Assembly: GCA_963675595.2 (NCBI GenBank)
Contig: CAXXLZ010000002.1
Coordinates: 1,376,001-1,440,000 of the forward strand
Length of the DNA: 64,000 nucleotides
Direction: 5' to 3'
DNA from: Thermodesulfobacteriota bacterium
Lineage (GTDB): Bacteria > Desulfobacterota > Desulfarculia > JACQYL01
Shown piece after piece: positions 1 to 9,729 of this stretch. A program made the translations under genes and the position numbers. Numbering within the stretch: the first letter of the stretch is position 1; every line of letters begins with the position of its first letter. The notes below the pieces were generated by a model. The model was given only the letters and a program-made list of their open reading frames with translations, searched no databases and was not told the origin of the DNA.

Positions 1-1041
1 ATAACGGCGGCGTGCGGAGATGATGAACATGCGAATACAGGAAGGGTGGGTTGGGCCATCGGCAGCCGGTCGGACAACACGGCCGCCGTTCTTCGTACCG
101 CCGACGGAGGGCTCACCTGGGAGGAACAGGGAAATTCCGAGCTGTGGAGCGGAATGACCGGCAACGACATCAGCGCCGTGGACGATCTGACGGCTTGGGC
201 GGCTGTCGGCACCAATGAGAATGAAGGCGCGATACTTCATACCGGAAACGGCGGAGCCGTCTGGGAGGTCCAGGCATTACCCGAAGGGGTCAATGATATC
301 GTCAAAGGAGTCAAGGGGCTTTCCCCCAGCGTGGCCTGGGCCGTCACCCTTGAGGGCACGGTAATGCGCACCATGGACGGCGGCGAGAGTTGGGTCGTCG
401 TACCTCACGACGGCGTGACCATGAGCCAGGTCAACCGCATCGACGCCAAAGGTGAAGACCTTTGGATCGCCGACTGGGGCGGCGGCGAATACGGCATGAT
501 TCACTCGCCGGATTTCGGCGAGACCTGGCGTCGGGAGCAACTTCCGGGGGTCGATCCTTCCATCGGTGGGGGACCCATGGGAGTCAACATGGTGGACTCT
601 CAAATCGCATGGGCCGCGGTGAGACCCGAAGCGAATCTTTACCGGACGAAGGATGGGGGGGCCGTCTGGGAGTTGGCCGCACCCGATGTGTCCGGGCCGA
701 ACGATATAGATGATATCTGCGCGCCCGATGCCGATACCGTTTGGGCCGTGCAGAACATCGGCGGATTGAGCGGTGGTCGGATTATCCGCGTGCGCCTGGT
801 TGATGGAGAAGTCGTCTCGGACGTCATGGACCCGACGGGAAACTACCAGTACGAGGGCGTGACCTGTTTGGACGAAAGAACCGTGTGGGCCGTGGGTTTC
901 AAAGCATACGGCGTGTCGCCGGATTTGCCGGACGGAGTGATCCTTCACACGGACGACGGCGGTGAGAACTGGACGAGCCTGCCGATGCCCGTCAAGGACG
1001 TCTCATTGTGGAAGGTCTCGTTTGTCGGCGCCCATAGATGA
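1..1041 (+). CDS. YCF48/BNR (Asp-box) repeat beta-propeller, probable lipoprotein; 5'-partial
   Basis: Frame is open from base 1 (ITAACGDDE..., lipobox-like TAAC). Repeated TxDGGxxW Asp-boxes: RTADGGLTW, RTMDGGESW, RTKDGGAVW, HTDDGGENW. Confidence 0.8.
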   Translation: MTAACGDDEHANTGRVGWAIGSRSDNTAAVLRTADGGLTWEEQGNSELWSGMTGNDISAVDDLTAWAAVGTNENEGAILHTGNGGAVWEVQALPEGVNDIVKGVKGLSPSVAWAVTLEGTVMRTMDGGESWVVVPHDGVTMSQVNRIDAKGEDLWIADWGGGEYGMIHSPDFGETWRREQLPGVDPSIGGGPMGVNMVDSQIAWAAVRPEANLYRTKDGGAVWELAAPDVSGPNDIDDICAPDADTVWAVQNIGGLSGGRIIRVRLVDGEVVSDVMDPTGNYQYEGVTCLDERTVWAVGFKAYGVSPDLPDGVILHTDDGGENWTSLPMPVKDVSLWKVSFVGAHR

Positions 1042-1074
1042 TGGGTTTACGGCCAGGGTCGGGTCCTGCCGTTG

Positions 1075-1172
1075 CCGTCTATTCACGGGCTACGCGGTGA
1101 GGCCTGTCCAACGTGCTTTGGGAGGGGTTCGGGGGACGACTTTCCCGAAGGTCCTCCCCCGTGAATCATTAC
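1075..1172. repeat. Intergenic repeat family 1 (MITE/REP-like), subtype A
   Basis: Ends CTATTCAC...GTGAATCATTAC, with internal GCGGTGAGGCC and a GGGGGACGACTTT/AAGGTCCTCCCCC hairpin. Lies between convergent genes. Confidence 0.7.
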
Positions 1173-1183
1173 CAACAGACCCC

Positions 1184-2875
1184 CTACTGCGGGTCTTCGG
1201 ACAGCAAGAGCAACAACAACGCCCCTGTGGGTGCGGGACCTAGTACGGTGTACGTCACACTTGCCATGCCGACGTTATCGGCAAAATCGGTCGCCGTGAC
1301 GACCAGGGTATGCCGGCCGGCTCCCTCGCTCCAGCCTTCCACCGTTACCTGGGGATAGGGGTCGGTATCGTCGTCGACCGAATAAGTCGCGGCGGGCACT
1401 TCGCCCACAGGGTAACGGGCGCCGTTCAGGGGAGCGGTGATGGTCACCGTCGGGTCCGTAGTGTCTTCGGCAAGATTATCGGTTGCGGATTTGGAGACGC
1501 TCAGGAAGACATTGCGAAGCCGGTTGCTGCGCTGCATGAAACCGTTCTTTTTCAGAACCTGCGCGTAGATGCGCCCGGCCAATATGTTGTCGGGGTATTC
1601 ATTGTAGACCATCCAGGCCATGAGCAGCGCCGCTTCCGCACTGTCGAGATCATCTGCGGCCAATTCCGCAGCCAGGGCGGTGGAGAGCATATGATCCATA
1701 TCACCGGTCATGGCTGCGGCGATCTGGGCGCGACGCTCCGTGGTCAGGCTTTTGACCAGTTCCGGAGGCTCACAGCCCGAACGCCATTCCCCGGGGTGGT
1801 AAATGCCGTGGACGGCCGCGGTGATGTCGCCGAAAAAGGGTTGAGCGTAAGAATTTCCCGACAATGGTTCCGTGAGCTCGATCCCGGCTGCGGCGTCGGC
1901 TTCGGTTACACTCAGGTCGATCTGCGCTTGGGTGGCCTCATAAATCTCCTGCATGGCATTTCTGAAGTCCGTCAGCCGCGTAGTGACGTCGGCCCCGGTG
2001 AGCACGGGACCGCGCAACGGCACCAGGAAATCGGGTTCTTTCGCCATTACGGCATTCAGACAGTCCACCCAGTCCGGTACAATACGGCCACGGCCGAGCA
2101 GCGGACCGATATCGGGGAAGGTCGGCGACCATACGTCACCGGCGATGATGACCCCCAGGTCCGGCAGCCAAACCGTCAGCCCGGCCGAGGAGACCGCAGT
2201 GGCCGGTATCAGGCTGAATTTGACCCCGCCCAGGGTAGCGCTGGTTTCAGTGGATACGAGCACGCTGGGATACAAATAGGGAAACACCCCGAAGGCCTCA
2301 TCCGGTCCAAGACGACCGTCCGAACCTGCTTCCAGGTAGGTTCCGAAAATCTTCAGCCGATCAGGCATCGTATTGGGATCTGCGGAAAACTCCGCCAACG
2401 CCGTGAAGAAGTCCGCTTCGGCCCAGACTGTCGGGGCTGAGCTCGCCAAGACGCAGGCGCCCCCGATCTGATACTGGGCGCAACCGGTGTAAATGATTGC
2501 CTGCAGTGTCTTGGTTCCGTAATACGGGCGCAGCAACGTCGTCGCGATCTGCATTTGGGCGGGGGACGCCGTCGTATCCACCAGCACCCAGCCGGTTTCG
2601 CCGACAATAGCGGTGGTATTGTTCATGCCGACGCCCCGGACCACATAGACGCCATCCGTCACGGTCTCCACGTGCGGCGTCTGGGGGAAAACATCATTGA
2701 AGAACTGGGCGAGATCGTTCTGGTTCACTCCGTCCCGCCACCACTGAACCCCGGGCTTGAGGGGATCGTCCTCCCAACCGGGCTGAATCCGGCCCGAAAC
2801 GTCCGCCATAACCATAGTCACAGCCGATGCCGGAAAAAGCATTACTGCGCACACCAGTACAAGGAACCGTCTCAT
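1184..2875 (-). CDS. Exported MBL-fold alkyl-sulfatase homologue with degenerate metal site, Ig-like domain and hydrophobic C-terminal tail
   Basis: Signal peptide. VTDGVYVVRG...NTTAIVGETGWVLVDT and AIIYT...GG match SdsA/BDS1-type enzymes, followed by a dimerisation-like region (QPFFGDITAAVHGIY). C-terminus has DTTDPTVTIT Ig-like segment and PTGALLLLLLSEDPQ. Confidence 0.75.
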   Translation of the reverse strand: MRRFLVLVCAVMLFPASAVTMVMADVSGRIQPGWEDDPLKPGVQWWRDGVNQNDLAQFFNDVFPQTPHVETVTDGVYVVRGVGMNNTTAIVGETGWVLVDTTASPAQMQIATTLLRPYYGTKTLQAIIYTGCAQYQIGGACVLASSAPTVWAEADFFTALAEFSADPNTMPDRLKIFGTYLEAGSDGRLGPDEAFGVFPYLYPSVLVSTETSATLGGVKFSLIPATAVSSAGLTVWLPDLGVIIAGDVWSPTFPDIGPLLGRGRIVPDWVDCLNAVMAKEPDFLVPLRGPVLTGADVTTRLTDFRNAMQEIYEATQAQIDLSVTEADAAAGIELTEPLSGNSYAQPFFGDITAAVHGIYHPGEWRSGCEPPELVKSLTTERRAQIAAAMTGDMDHMLSTALAAELAADDLDSAEAALLMAWMVYNEYPDNILAGRIYAQVLKKNGFMQRSNRLRNVFLSVSKSATDNLAEDTTDPTVTITAPLNGARYPVGEVPAATYSVDDDTDPYPQVTVEGWSEGAGRHTLVVTATDFADNVGMASVTYTVLGPAPTGALLLLLLSEDPQ

Positions 2876-2924
2876 CCTCTCCTCCCCTGACGTTGCACTA
2901 CGGAAGAACAGCTCGCGTCACCTG

Positions 2925-3076
2925 CCGGCCCGCTGAAAAAGACGGGCTACGTCAGGCTGTTCAAGAATGATGAGATGCAAGGCGCGCAAATCCCGAGGAA
3001 CGAGGCGTACATACGAGTACGTCGTAGTAACGAGGGCTGAAGCGCAACCCTGCAGATCGCATTTTTCAACGGCCTG
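2925..3076. repeat. Intergenic repeat family 2 (MITE-like), best-preserved copy
   Basis: Inverted ends CAGGCTGTTCAAGAA (2953) and TTTTTCAACGGCCTG (3076). Partial copies at about 12689-12739, 20824-20863, 21911-21968, 24915-24990, 45051-45152, 54918-54970 and 56510-56558. Confidence 0.65.
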
Positions 3077-3691
3077 ATGTCTACGGAAGATGGGTCACTG
3101 GTGCCGGAACATCCTCTATCTCACTATGCGTCTAATTTAAAAATCGGAGATTCACTCGAAATGAAAGGCACTTCGGACAGAAAGAATTATCAGGAAAAAC
3201 TAAGAAAAAGGCAAAAGAAAAAATCAGGCCGGCCTCCTTGAACGAATCACCTTCCAAACGCCGGAAAAGCCGGAATATCGAGTCTGAGCAGGTGAAGGGC
3301 GCGACCCACCGGACTCATCCTTGGGGTTTGACGAACATCGCCGGCAGAAGCCGACCGAGGCGAGCCTTCCCGAGTCATGTGAGGAATTCGTACACCGCAA
3401 CGTGCCTCTCGATGGCCTGCAGAACGAGGACAAAGGCGCTCACCTTGATTCAGGTGTTTGTCGCGGAAAAGCACCGGGAGAAGCCGGAGGTTGCGAACTC
3501 ACGGACGAAATCCGCGAGACCATCGCCATCGAACGCGCGGCCAAAAAGACTAAATCCATCATTGCTCACTTGCGCGTATTGTCCACCATCCCATGCTCCT
3601 CCGGTTCGATCATCTTTGCCCCGGCCTCCGCTCTGAACGAAATCACGCCGTATCCAACCTCTGAATTTCCCACCTTCCCGGCAGACACCGC

Positions 3692-3893
3692 ACCGTTTCC
3701 ACAAAATCGCCTTCGGGCTCCTTTCCAAACACTTAAAGCATTTTAACATGTTGGACGGCCACATGCTGCTCGCTTTGCGAATCGCTCAAGCGATTCGCAA
3801 AAACGCAACGGGGGTCCGCGGGGCCATTGGTCCCCCGGCGGGGGGCACCGCTGGAGGCCTTCCAGCTACGGCACACCCAGTGAATAAGCATAC
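3692..3893. repeat. Repeat family 1, subtype B (left end approximate)
   Basis: CACATGCTGCTCG-TTTGCGAATCGC...GCGATTCGCAAA palindrome, then GGGGTCC..., ending GCACACC..GTGAAT. Homologous to 11866-12065 and 20888-21082. Confidence 0.65.
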
Positions 3894-4000
3894 AATTAGG
3901 TACATACATTTTTCTTGACTCAAAGAATAATTCCAATATAGATTATATTTTGGCAACATAGCCGTTTTTATGGCTATAAACAGGAAAGGATCGGTTTTTT

Positions 4001-5680
4001 ATGCGTCTTAGAGTTGTTCTCGTTGCCATATCTATTGTTTTGGCGTCGGGAACTGTTTTTGCCGCCGCCCCTGTAATTACCTTGGCACAACCAACACTGA
4101 TCTTCAATGATGTCGAAAGCGACACCTATCGTCTGGTCGCAGTGGGTGCGACCGCTACGGACACGGATGGAGGCGTGAACGGCGACGGGGAATTAACCGT
4201 TTGCGCCGATGGAGGCGCCCGGGGTGGATCCAACGGTGTGGCGCTCGATGAGCTTTATATCAACACCGACGGAACCGGATTAACCATAGAGCTCAACCTC
4301 GCAAATATTAAAGAGAACCTATTGCTGTACAATGGCAGCGAGATTGCCATTCTTGGAGCGGGGAACGGGTTGGCACCGCTTGTCGTAGCGTTCACGCGAA
4401 GCGCGACCATGGCTGAAGTAACCCACATCATTCAAAATATCATGTGGCGCAACCGGGCCAACTCACCGAGAGCTTCCCGTGTTTTCGCCTTCCGCTTATT
4501 CGATGGATTCGAAACGTCCGAATTTGCCAATCTGACCATCAATGTAACGCATGCAAATAAACCACCGGTAAATCGAACGAATATTGTAATGAAGGAACTG
4601 AATCCGGCTTTGATCAGGGACGAATATTTTGGAGGAGAGGACTGGCATCTTGACCGTGGACCGTCAAAGAGTTTCGCTCCCGAAGTTTTCGACGGCGACA
4701 GCAGGTTTAAACTTGTCATTGACGACAATCCTCAAGTGGGCTCTCATCAAGGCTACATGTATCCTGCCGAAAATGCGACACATGTTTCAGTCGATCTGTA
4801 TGTGCCGTCGGATTGGGGAGTGACCGGAGGGGCCGCTCCTTCCCTCTGGATAAACAGTTTTTCAAACGACGGAGAACGGATCGAAGATACCTATCCGATC
4901 ATTCGCGTCCAGCAGAAGGCTTCGGAGAGTCATCCGGCCTACTTTCAATGTTACATAAACGATGCCTGGGATGCGCAAGCCCTGCCTGCGGATGTGAAGC
5001 TCGACACGTGGATGAATTTGGATGTCAGGCTCGAGGCGGGAGACGTCCTGTTCAAGCTCACCGGCGAAAAAACGGATGGTTCCACCTTTGAACTTACCGC
5101 CAAACAGACGGGAACGACGGCCGACACTTTGTGGCAGGCGGCGCTCGAACCCGCCACAGCTGCCGTCGGAGAAGAATACACAGTGTATTATGACAACTTC
5201 ACTTTCAACTCCGGCTCAACGGCGAACGAGACCTGGGAAAGCCTTGAGATTGGCGCAGGGAGCAATACCGCCATTGTGGGCTTGGAGGTTGCCGATCCCA
5301 ACAATGGAGACATCCTTACGACCACGTTGACAACATCCGCGGGAACATTCAGCGTCACCAGTCAACTTGGAGCGTCGGTCGCCGGTAATCAATCCTCGAC
5401 AATAAAAATTACCGGTTCGCCGGAACAGATTAATGCAACGCTAAAAACCTTGTTCTTCAAGTCATCTTTGTCTGTGACGGGCATCCAGACAATTACCGTT
5501 CATACGGAGGATATGGCCGGCCTTAGTAGTACGGATACCATCGAACTTTCAGTCGCTCCCCGTTCCCAACAGTCCATTGAAGCGGTCCCATGCCTGACCG
5601 AGTGGGGGATGATCTTGTTTTCACTGCTTCTCATGGCAGGGGCCTTGGTTATAACGAGACACGGGAAAAGAAGCATCTGA
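4001..5680 (+). CDS. Exported surface protein with IPTL-CTERM-type sorting signal
   Basis: N-terminal signal peptide and beta-rich adhesin-like repeats (ITGSPEQINATLKTL). C-terminal VPCLTEWGMILFSLLLMAGALVITRHGKR fits IPTLxEWG + TM helix + basic tail. Confidence 0.8.
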   Translation: MRLRVVLVAISIVLASGTVFAAAPVITLAQPTLIFNDVESDTYRLVAVGATATDTDGGVNGDGELTVCADGGARGGSNGVALDELYINTDGTGLTIELNLANIKENLLLYNGSEIAILGAGNGLAPLVVAFTRSATMAEVTHIIQNIMWRNRANSPRASRVFAFRLFDGFETSEFANLTINVTHANKPPVNRTNIVMKELNPALIRDEYFGGEDWHLDRGPSKSFAPEVFDGDSRFKLVIDDNPQVGSHQGYMYPAENATHVSVDLYVPSDWGVTGGAAPSLWINSFSNDGERIEDTYPIIRVQQKASESHPAYFQCYINDAWDAQALPADVKLDTWMNLDVRLEAGDVLFKLTGEKTDGSTFELTAKQTGTTADTLWQAALEPATAAVGEEYTVYYDNFTFNSGSTANETWESLEIGAGSNTAIVGLEVADPNNGDILTTTLTTSAGTFSVTSQLGASVAGNQSSTIKITGSPEQINATLKTLFFKSSLSVTGIQTITVHTEDMAGLSSTDTIELSVAPRSQQSIEAVPCLTEWGMILFSLLLMAGALVITRHGKRSI

Positions 5681-5962
5681 CAAAAAACGCTCATCGTATG
5701 ATGAACGAGAATACACGTATATCGTCACGAATAGGCGTATTCAACGAGCTGATAAATGTCGCGTTCGCGTAACTCTAACGCAGCGCCTCGGGCGTGACAG
5801 CCCTGATAAAGTCGCATAGAAGTTTCGGGCATAAGATGATAGTGTCAAGCAGCGTGATTGATAGAATGACATCCGAAATTACACCAGAGCGAAATATCAT
5901 AAAACCTGTTAATGAGCCGATATCCCGACCGTGTTAGAGCCAAGAGCGGACCCGACTCCTTA

Positions 5963-7105
5963 TCACTTCACGTCGATGTCATAGTCCGGATATAGTTTCC
6001 TAAAGCATTCCGGGCAGATACTGTGACTGAATTCAGCCTCGGACCGGTCTTCAAGATATTCTTCCACCCTCTGCCAGTAACCATTGTCATCCCGAATATT
6101 CTTGCAGTATGAACAGATAGGCAAAATGCCTCTAAGGGTCTTGATCTCATTCAGAGCTTGTTTCAGACTGGTTATATCTTCTAAGATAATAATAATCCCA
6201 TCAAATTTCCCGCTTACATCAAGAAGCTTGGAAATCTTGATTTGATAACAATAGAGTTCATCACTTCTATGTACTTCTTCTTCAAATACCACGGTGTCAA
6301 GGTTGTCGGCCAAATAGGCGTCTATCCTACCTTCGAGCCACGGCAAAAGCTCCGCCGACCCCATACCACCGAAACACGATGGATCTACAGCAGATTCAGC
6401 GTCCAAACGTTGCTCCATCTCCAGCTGTCGGTCCCTGTTCAAGCAATAATATTGTGATCCCGGTGAAATATTTTTCTTGAACAACTTTGCTGCGGCAAAA
6501 TTCATATTATCTATCTTCTTGGCCCAATTCAGAATGATGACCGGATTGGGAATGCTCTCAAAAATTGTGAGATATTTGTTCTTTTCATTTGTCATCATTC
6601 GGTTGCTTATTTGCAGGTCGTGAATCGCCTTATCCCCTTTGGATCCGGACCATTCCACGCAGAAGGCTATTTCAATACGATCAAAAACCCGATTGACGAA
6701 TAGTTCATAGCTTTCCCGAAGCATTAAATCGAGTATTTCATCTCGGATCAGATCAATATACGATTGCCGATAGTACTTCATTAATCCCAAGAACATGTTC
6801 AGGCTAACGCCTCTTTCCCTATGTCTCTCGGCTTCCACAATCCCAAACATGGCGACAGGATATTCTTCAAGCTCTTCTTCCGGAATCAATTCAGGGATAT
6901 TATTATACTTCTGCAATCCTTCAATGATGGAACCTGTCAGTCCGGCGATAGACAAGCGCCAGGCCTCTTGTAAGGTTGATGTGTAAGCGGCATAGCCGTA
7001 TTGAACCGCATAATCCAAAATGCGCTTCATCAGCCGGTCTTCATTCTCTTCAAGGAGTCTTTTCAGATTATCGCCATACTGATGATTTTGGGCAACCATA
7101 GCCAT
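5963..7105 (-). CDS. Signalling protein: helical N-terminal domain + PAS + C-terminal Cys-rich (CxxC...CxxC) module
   Basis: IFESIPNPVIILN PAS start. Ends LRGILPICSYCKNIRDDNGYW...FSHSICPEC. No kinase or cyclase domain. Confidence 0.75.
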   Translation of the reverse strand: MAMVAQNHQYGDNLKRLLEENEDRLMKRILDYAVQYGYAAYTSTLQEAWRLSIAGLTGSIIEGLQKYNNIPELIPEEELEEYPVAMFGIVEAERHRERGVSLNMFLGLMKYYRQSYIDLIRDEILDLMLRESYELFVNRVFDRIEIAFCVEWSGSKGDKAIHDLQISNRMMTNEKNKYLTIFESIPNPVIILNWAKKIDNMNFAAAKLFKKNISPGSQYYCLNRDRQLEMEQRLDAESAVDPSCFGGMGSAELLPWLEGRIDAYLADNLDTVVFEEEVHRSDELYCYQIKISKLLDVSGKFDGIIIILEDITSLKQALNEIKTLRGILPICSYCKNIRDDNGYWQRVEEYLEDRSEAEFSHSICPECFRKLYPDYDIDVK

Positions 7106-7153
7106 TCACTCAAACCCTTTCAGTTTGCGCCTCCGTCGGCATCTCGTGACCAA

Positions 7154-9073
7154 TCAGTTCGTCGAACCAAGCTCTTTGGACAACAATACGTGAAAGACGA
7201 CCCCTCTTGGAGAGGCGACCTGAGCCGACACCTTGCCTTTGTGACGCTCCGCAATTTCCTTCACAATGGCCAACCCAAGACCCGTGCCGTGAGTTCCATG
7301 AGAAGCCGTGCTGCGTACGAACGGGCTAAAGATTTTCTCGGATTCCGCTTCACTGATGCCGACGCCGTTGTCTCTCACCGACAAAATATGATACTCGGAG
7401 GTCTCTCCATAACCAAAAGATATTTCAGTCAAAACATCCCCACCGTATTTGAGTGCGTTGTCTAGGAGATTTCTGAGTACTCTGATCACGGATGGCCTAT
7501 CGGCTTCAATGGAAGGAATAAGATCGGGTTCCATCCACCGAATCCCGCGAGCGTTGAGGCTATCGGCAAATTCTTCTCGTACCAAGCGTAGGATATCTTT
7601 CATATCCAGGCTTTCAATAGTTAAGGCCGATTCTTTTGCTGAGATGTAGGCATTGATTTGTTCCACCAGCGATGCAATATGTTCGGAAGCCGACATTATT
7701 TGCCTGCAGTAATTCTTTCCCGTTTCATCAAGAATATCTCCATAGTGATCGTGCAATCGTTTTGAAAGTCCATAGGCGCTGATGGCAGGAACCTTAAGAT
7801 CGTGCGCTACAGAATACGCAAATAATTTGATCTTCTCAGAACTCTGCTTTATCTCATCTTCCATGCGTTTTCGATCTGTGATATCAAGTATCATTGCCTG
7901 CTTGGATACTGTTCCGTCTTCATGGAAAATAGGCGAATTGGATATGTAGTACCACCGATTGTCTTTAGGACTCAGTAATTCCCAGCGGACGTTTTCTCCT
8001 TTGAAGACTCGATCGTTGACACACCATGGACATATGGAGTCCAGATCGTGCAGAGCCTTGTAACATGATTCCCCGATCGGATTGTAACCCGTTCTGTCCA
8101 AGAGTCGGTCATTCACAAACTCGATCTTGTAATCCTGCGAACAGATGTAGATTAGTCCGTCAAACGCTCCCACGATGGCTCTATAACGCGCTTCACTCTC
8201 TCTTACGGCTTTTTCAGCTTCCCTTTGTGCGGTGACATCCCGGATGATTCCTTGATATCCCAAGATGTCTCCTTCGATTGAACGCCGCACGGTCGAAGTC
8301 ACGCAGCAATCCATCTCCCTTCCGTTCTTGTGGCGAAGCCTGACTTCGTAATCCCCGACGGACCCCTCCCTTTCGATCCGCCTTTGAAATCTGTTCCTGT
8401 CGCCGGGGTCTGCATACAATACTTGAATAGCACCTTTGCCTATCAGCTCTTCTTTGGTATATCCAAAGAGTTCCACGAAAGCCCGATTGCAGTCGACAAT
8501 CTCACCCTTGCGGCTGCTGATATAAATCGAATCCCTGGACTCATCGAAGAGAGCGTGATACTTCTTCTCGCTTTCCTTCAATGCAGATTCCGCCTGTTTG
8601 CGCTTGGTGATATCCTTTGCGACCCCTTGGATTGCGTACGGCCTTCCTTTTCTATAAATCAAGGATGCGTCCACCGAAACCCAGACATATTTGCCCGACC
8701 TGGTCCTTAACCTGTATTGCGCAGTTTCCGTCGATGAACCTGTCTCGAGAATCTGCCGGATCGCCTTGTGCGCGGATGGAATTTGATCTACGTCCATAAA
8801 CGAATCAAGACTCAGCGAACCGACTTCATGTCTTTCATATTCCAAAAGCTTTAAAGCGGCCTCGTTGGCATCAATAAAATTTCCTTCAAAGTCGTGTATG
8901 TACACGCAATATATGGAACGGTCAAAAAGAGCCCTATATCTCGATTCCATATCATCGGATGAATCCTCATTAGACACATTCCCGGATTCATCCGCTTTCG
9001 GTCCGAGCATATGCTTCTCTTGTCCCGCCGACTCGTATGAAGTCTGTCTTTCCGATTTCTTATCCGTCTTCAT
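7154..9073 (-). CDS. PAS-domain sensor histidine kinase
   Basis: Three PAS/PAC units, H-box SVAHDLK, N-box NLLDNALKY, G boxes DNGVGI and GTGLGLAIV. Confidence 0.9.
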   Translation of the reverse strand: MKTDKKSERQTSYESAGQEKHMLGPKADESGNVSNEDSSDDMESRYRALFDRSIYCVYIHDFEGNFIDANEAALKLLEYERHEVGSLSLDSFMDVDQIPSAHKAIRQILETGSSTETAQYRLRTRSGKYVWVSVDASLIYRKGRPYAIQGVAKDITKRKQAESALKESEKKYHALFDESRDSIYISSRKGEIVDCNRAFVELFGYTKEELIGKGAIQVLYADPGDRNRFQRRIEREGSVGDYEVRLRHKNGREMDCCVTSTVRRSIEGDILGYQGIIRDVTAQREAEKAVRESEARYRAIVGAFDGLIYICSQDYKIEFVNDRLLDRTGYNPIGESCYKALHDLDSICPWCVNDRVFKGENVRWELLSPKDNRWYYISNSPIFHEDGTVSKQAMILDITDRKRMEDEIKQSSEKIKLFAYSVAHDLKVPAISAYGLSKRLHDHYGDILDETGKNYCRQIMSASEHIASLVEQINAYISAKESALTIESLDMKDILRLVREEFADSLNARGIRWMEPDLIPSIEADRPSVIRVLRNLLDNALKYGGDVLTEISFGYGETSEYHILSVRDNGVGISEAESEKIFSPFVRSTASHGTHGTGLGLAIVKEIAERHKGKVSAQVASPRGVVFHVLLSKELGSTN

Positions 9074-9384
9074 ATCTTATTTAGCCTACTAATGCTTTTG
9101 GCGAAGCATGATACATGATACTACTATGCAATTAACATATATTACGACGGGTTTGTTTTACCGACCCTGCTATTATGAAAGTTTACATAGAAATAACCTT
9201 TTAGATTTTAAGGGAATGGTGCTGTAGGTGCAACAGCTTCTTCCAAACGATACAAAGAGGTCTTCCCTTGACTCCAACAAACATCCCGATGTCGGAAATA
9301 AAAACGGCGCGCACCCATTACGCAGGTCACAAATACAATAGATGCCGAATACGGATTCTCATTTCTTTTCAACAAGTTGGGAAC

Positions 9385-9494
9385 CTGAATTCTTCCGCGG
9401 CCTCTCCGTCGGAGGCGGTGAGCTCTGTCCAAATTGCTTTGGGAGGGGGCTCGGGGGAGGATTTTCCCGAAAGTCCTCTCCCGTGAATGCGTAC
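9385..9494. repeat. Repeat family 1, subtype A (left end approximate)
   Basis: GCCTCTCCGTCGGAGGCGGTGAG...GGGGAGGATTTT/AAAGTCCTCTCC hairpin, then CGTGAATGCGTAC. Confidence 0.7.
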
Positions 9495-9729
9495 CGCTTT
9501 CTTATCTTCCGCTTTTCCCCTTCCGGTCACTGATCACGCTTTAATCATCCATGCTCCGCCATCGGCATCAACGGAAAAAAGCAACAAAGTGTCGATTAAA
9601 CGCAAGGAACTGCAAGTACCTGTAATACATCTCATGGTAAGTAGAGCATCATCAGATCCGGTTAAGTACTCCCGCATGAACATTTCGACAAAAAGGGGAA
9701 AGGGAACATGAAAAATGTCTATGGGGCGG

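Noticed and set aside
3238-3746. Overlapping ORFs that might be a decayed HDOD-like gene
   Set aside because: Only vague motif resemblance across frames, no RBS, and the end runs into a repeat.
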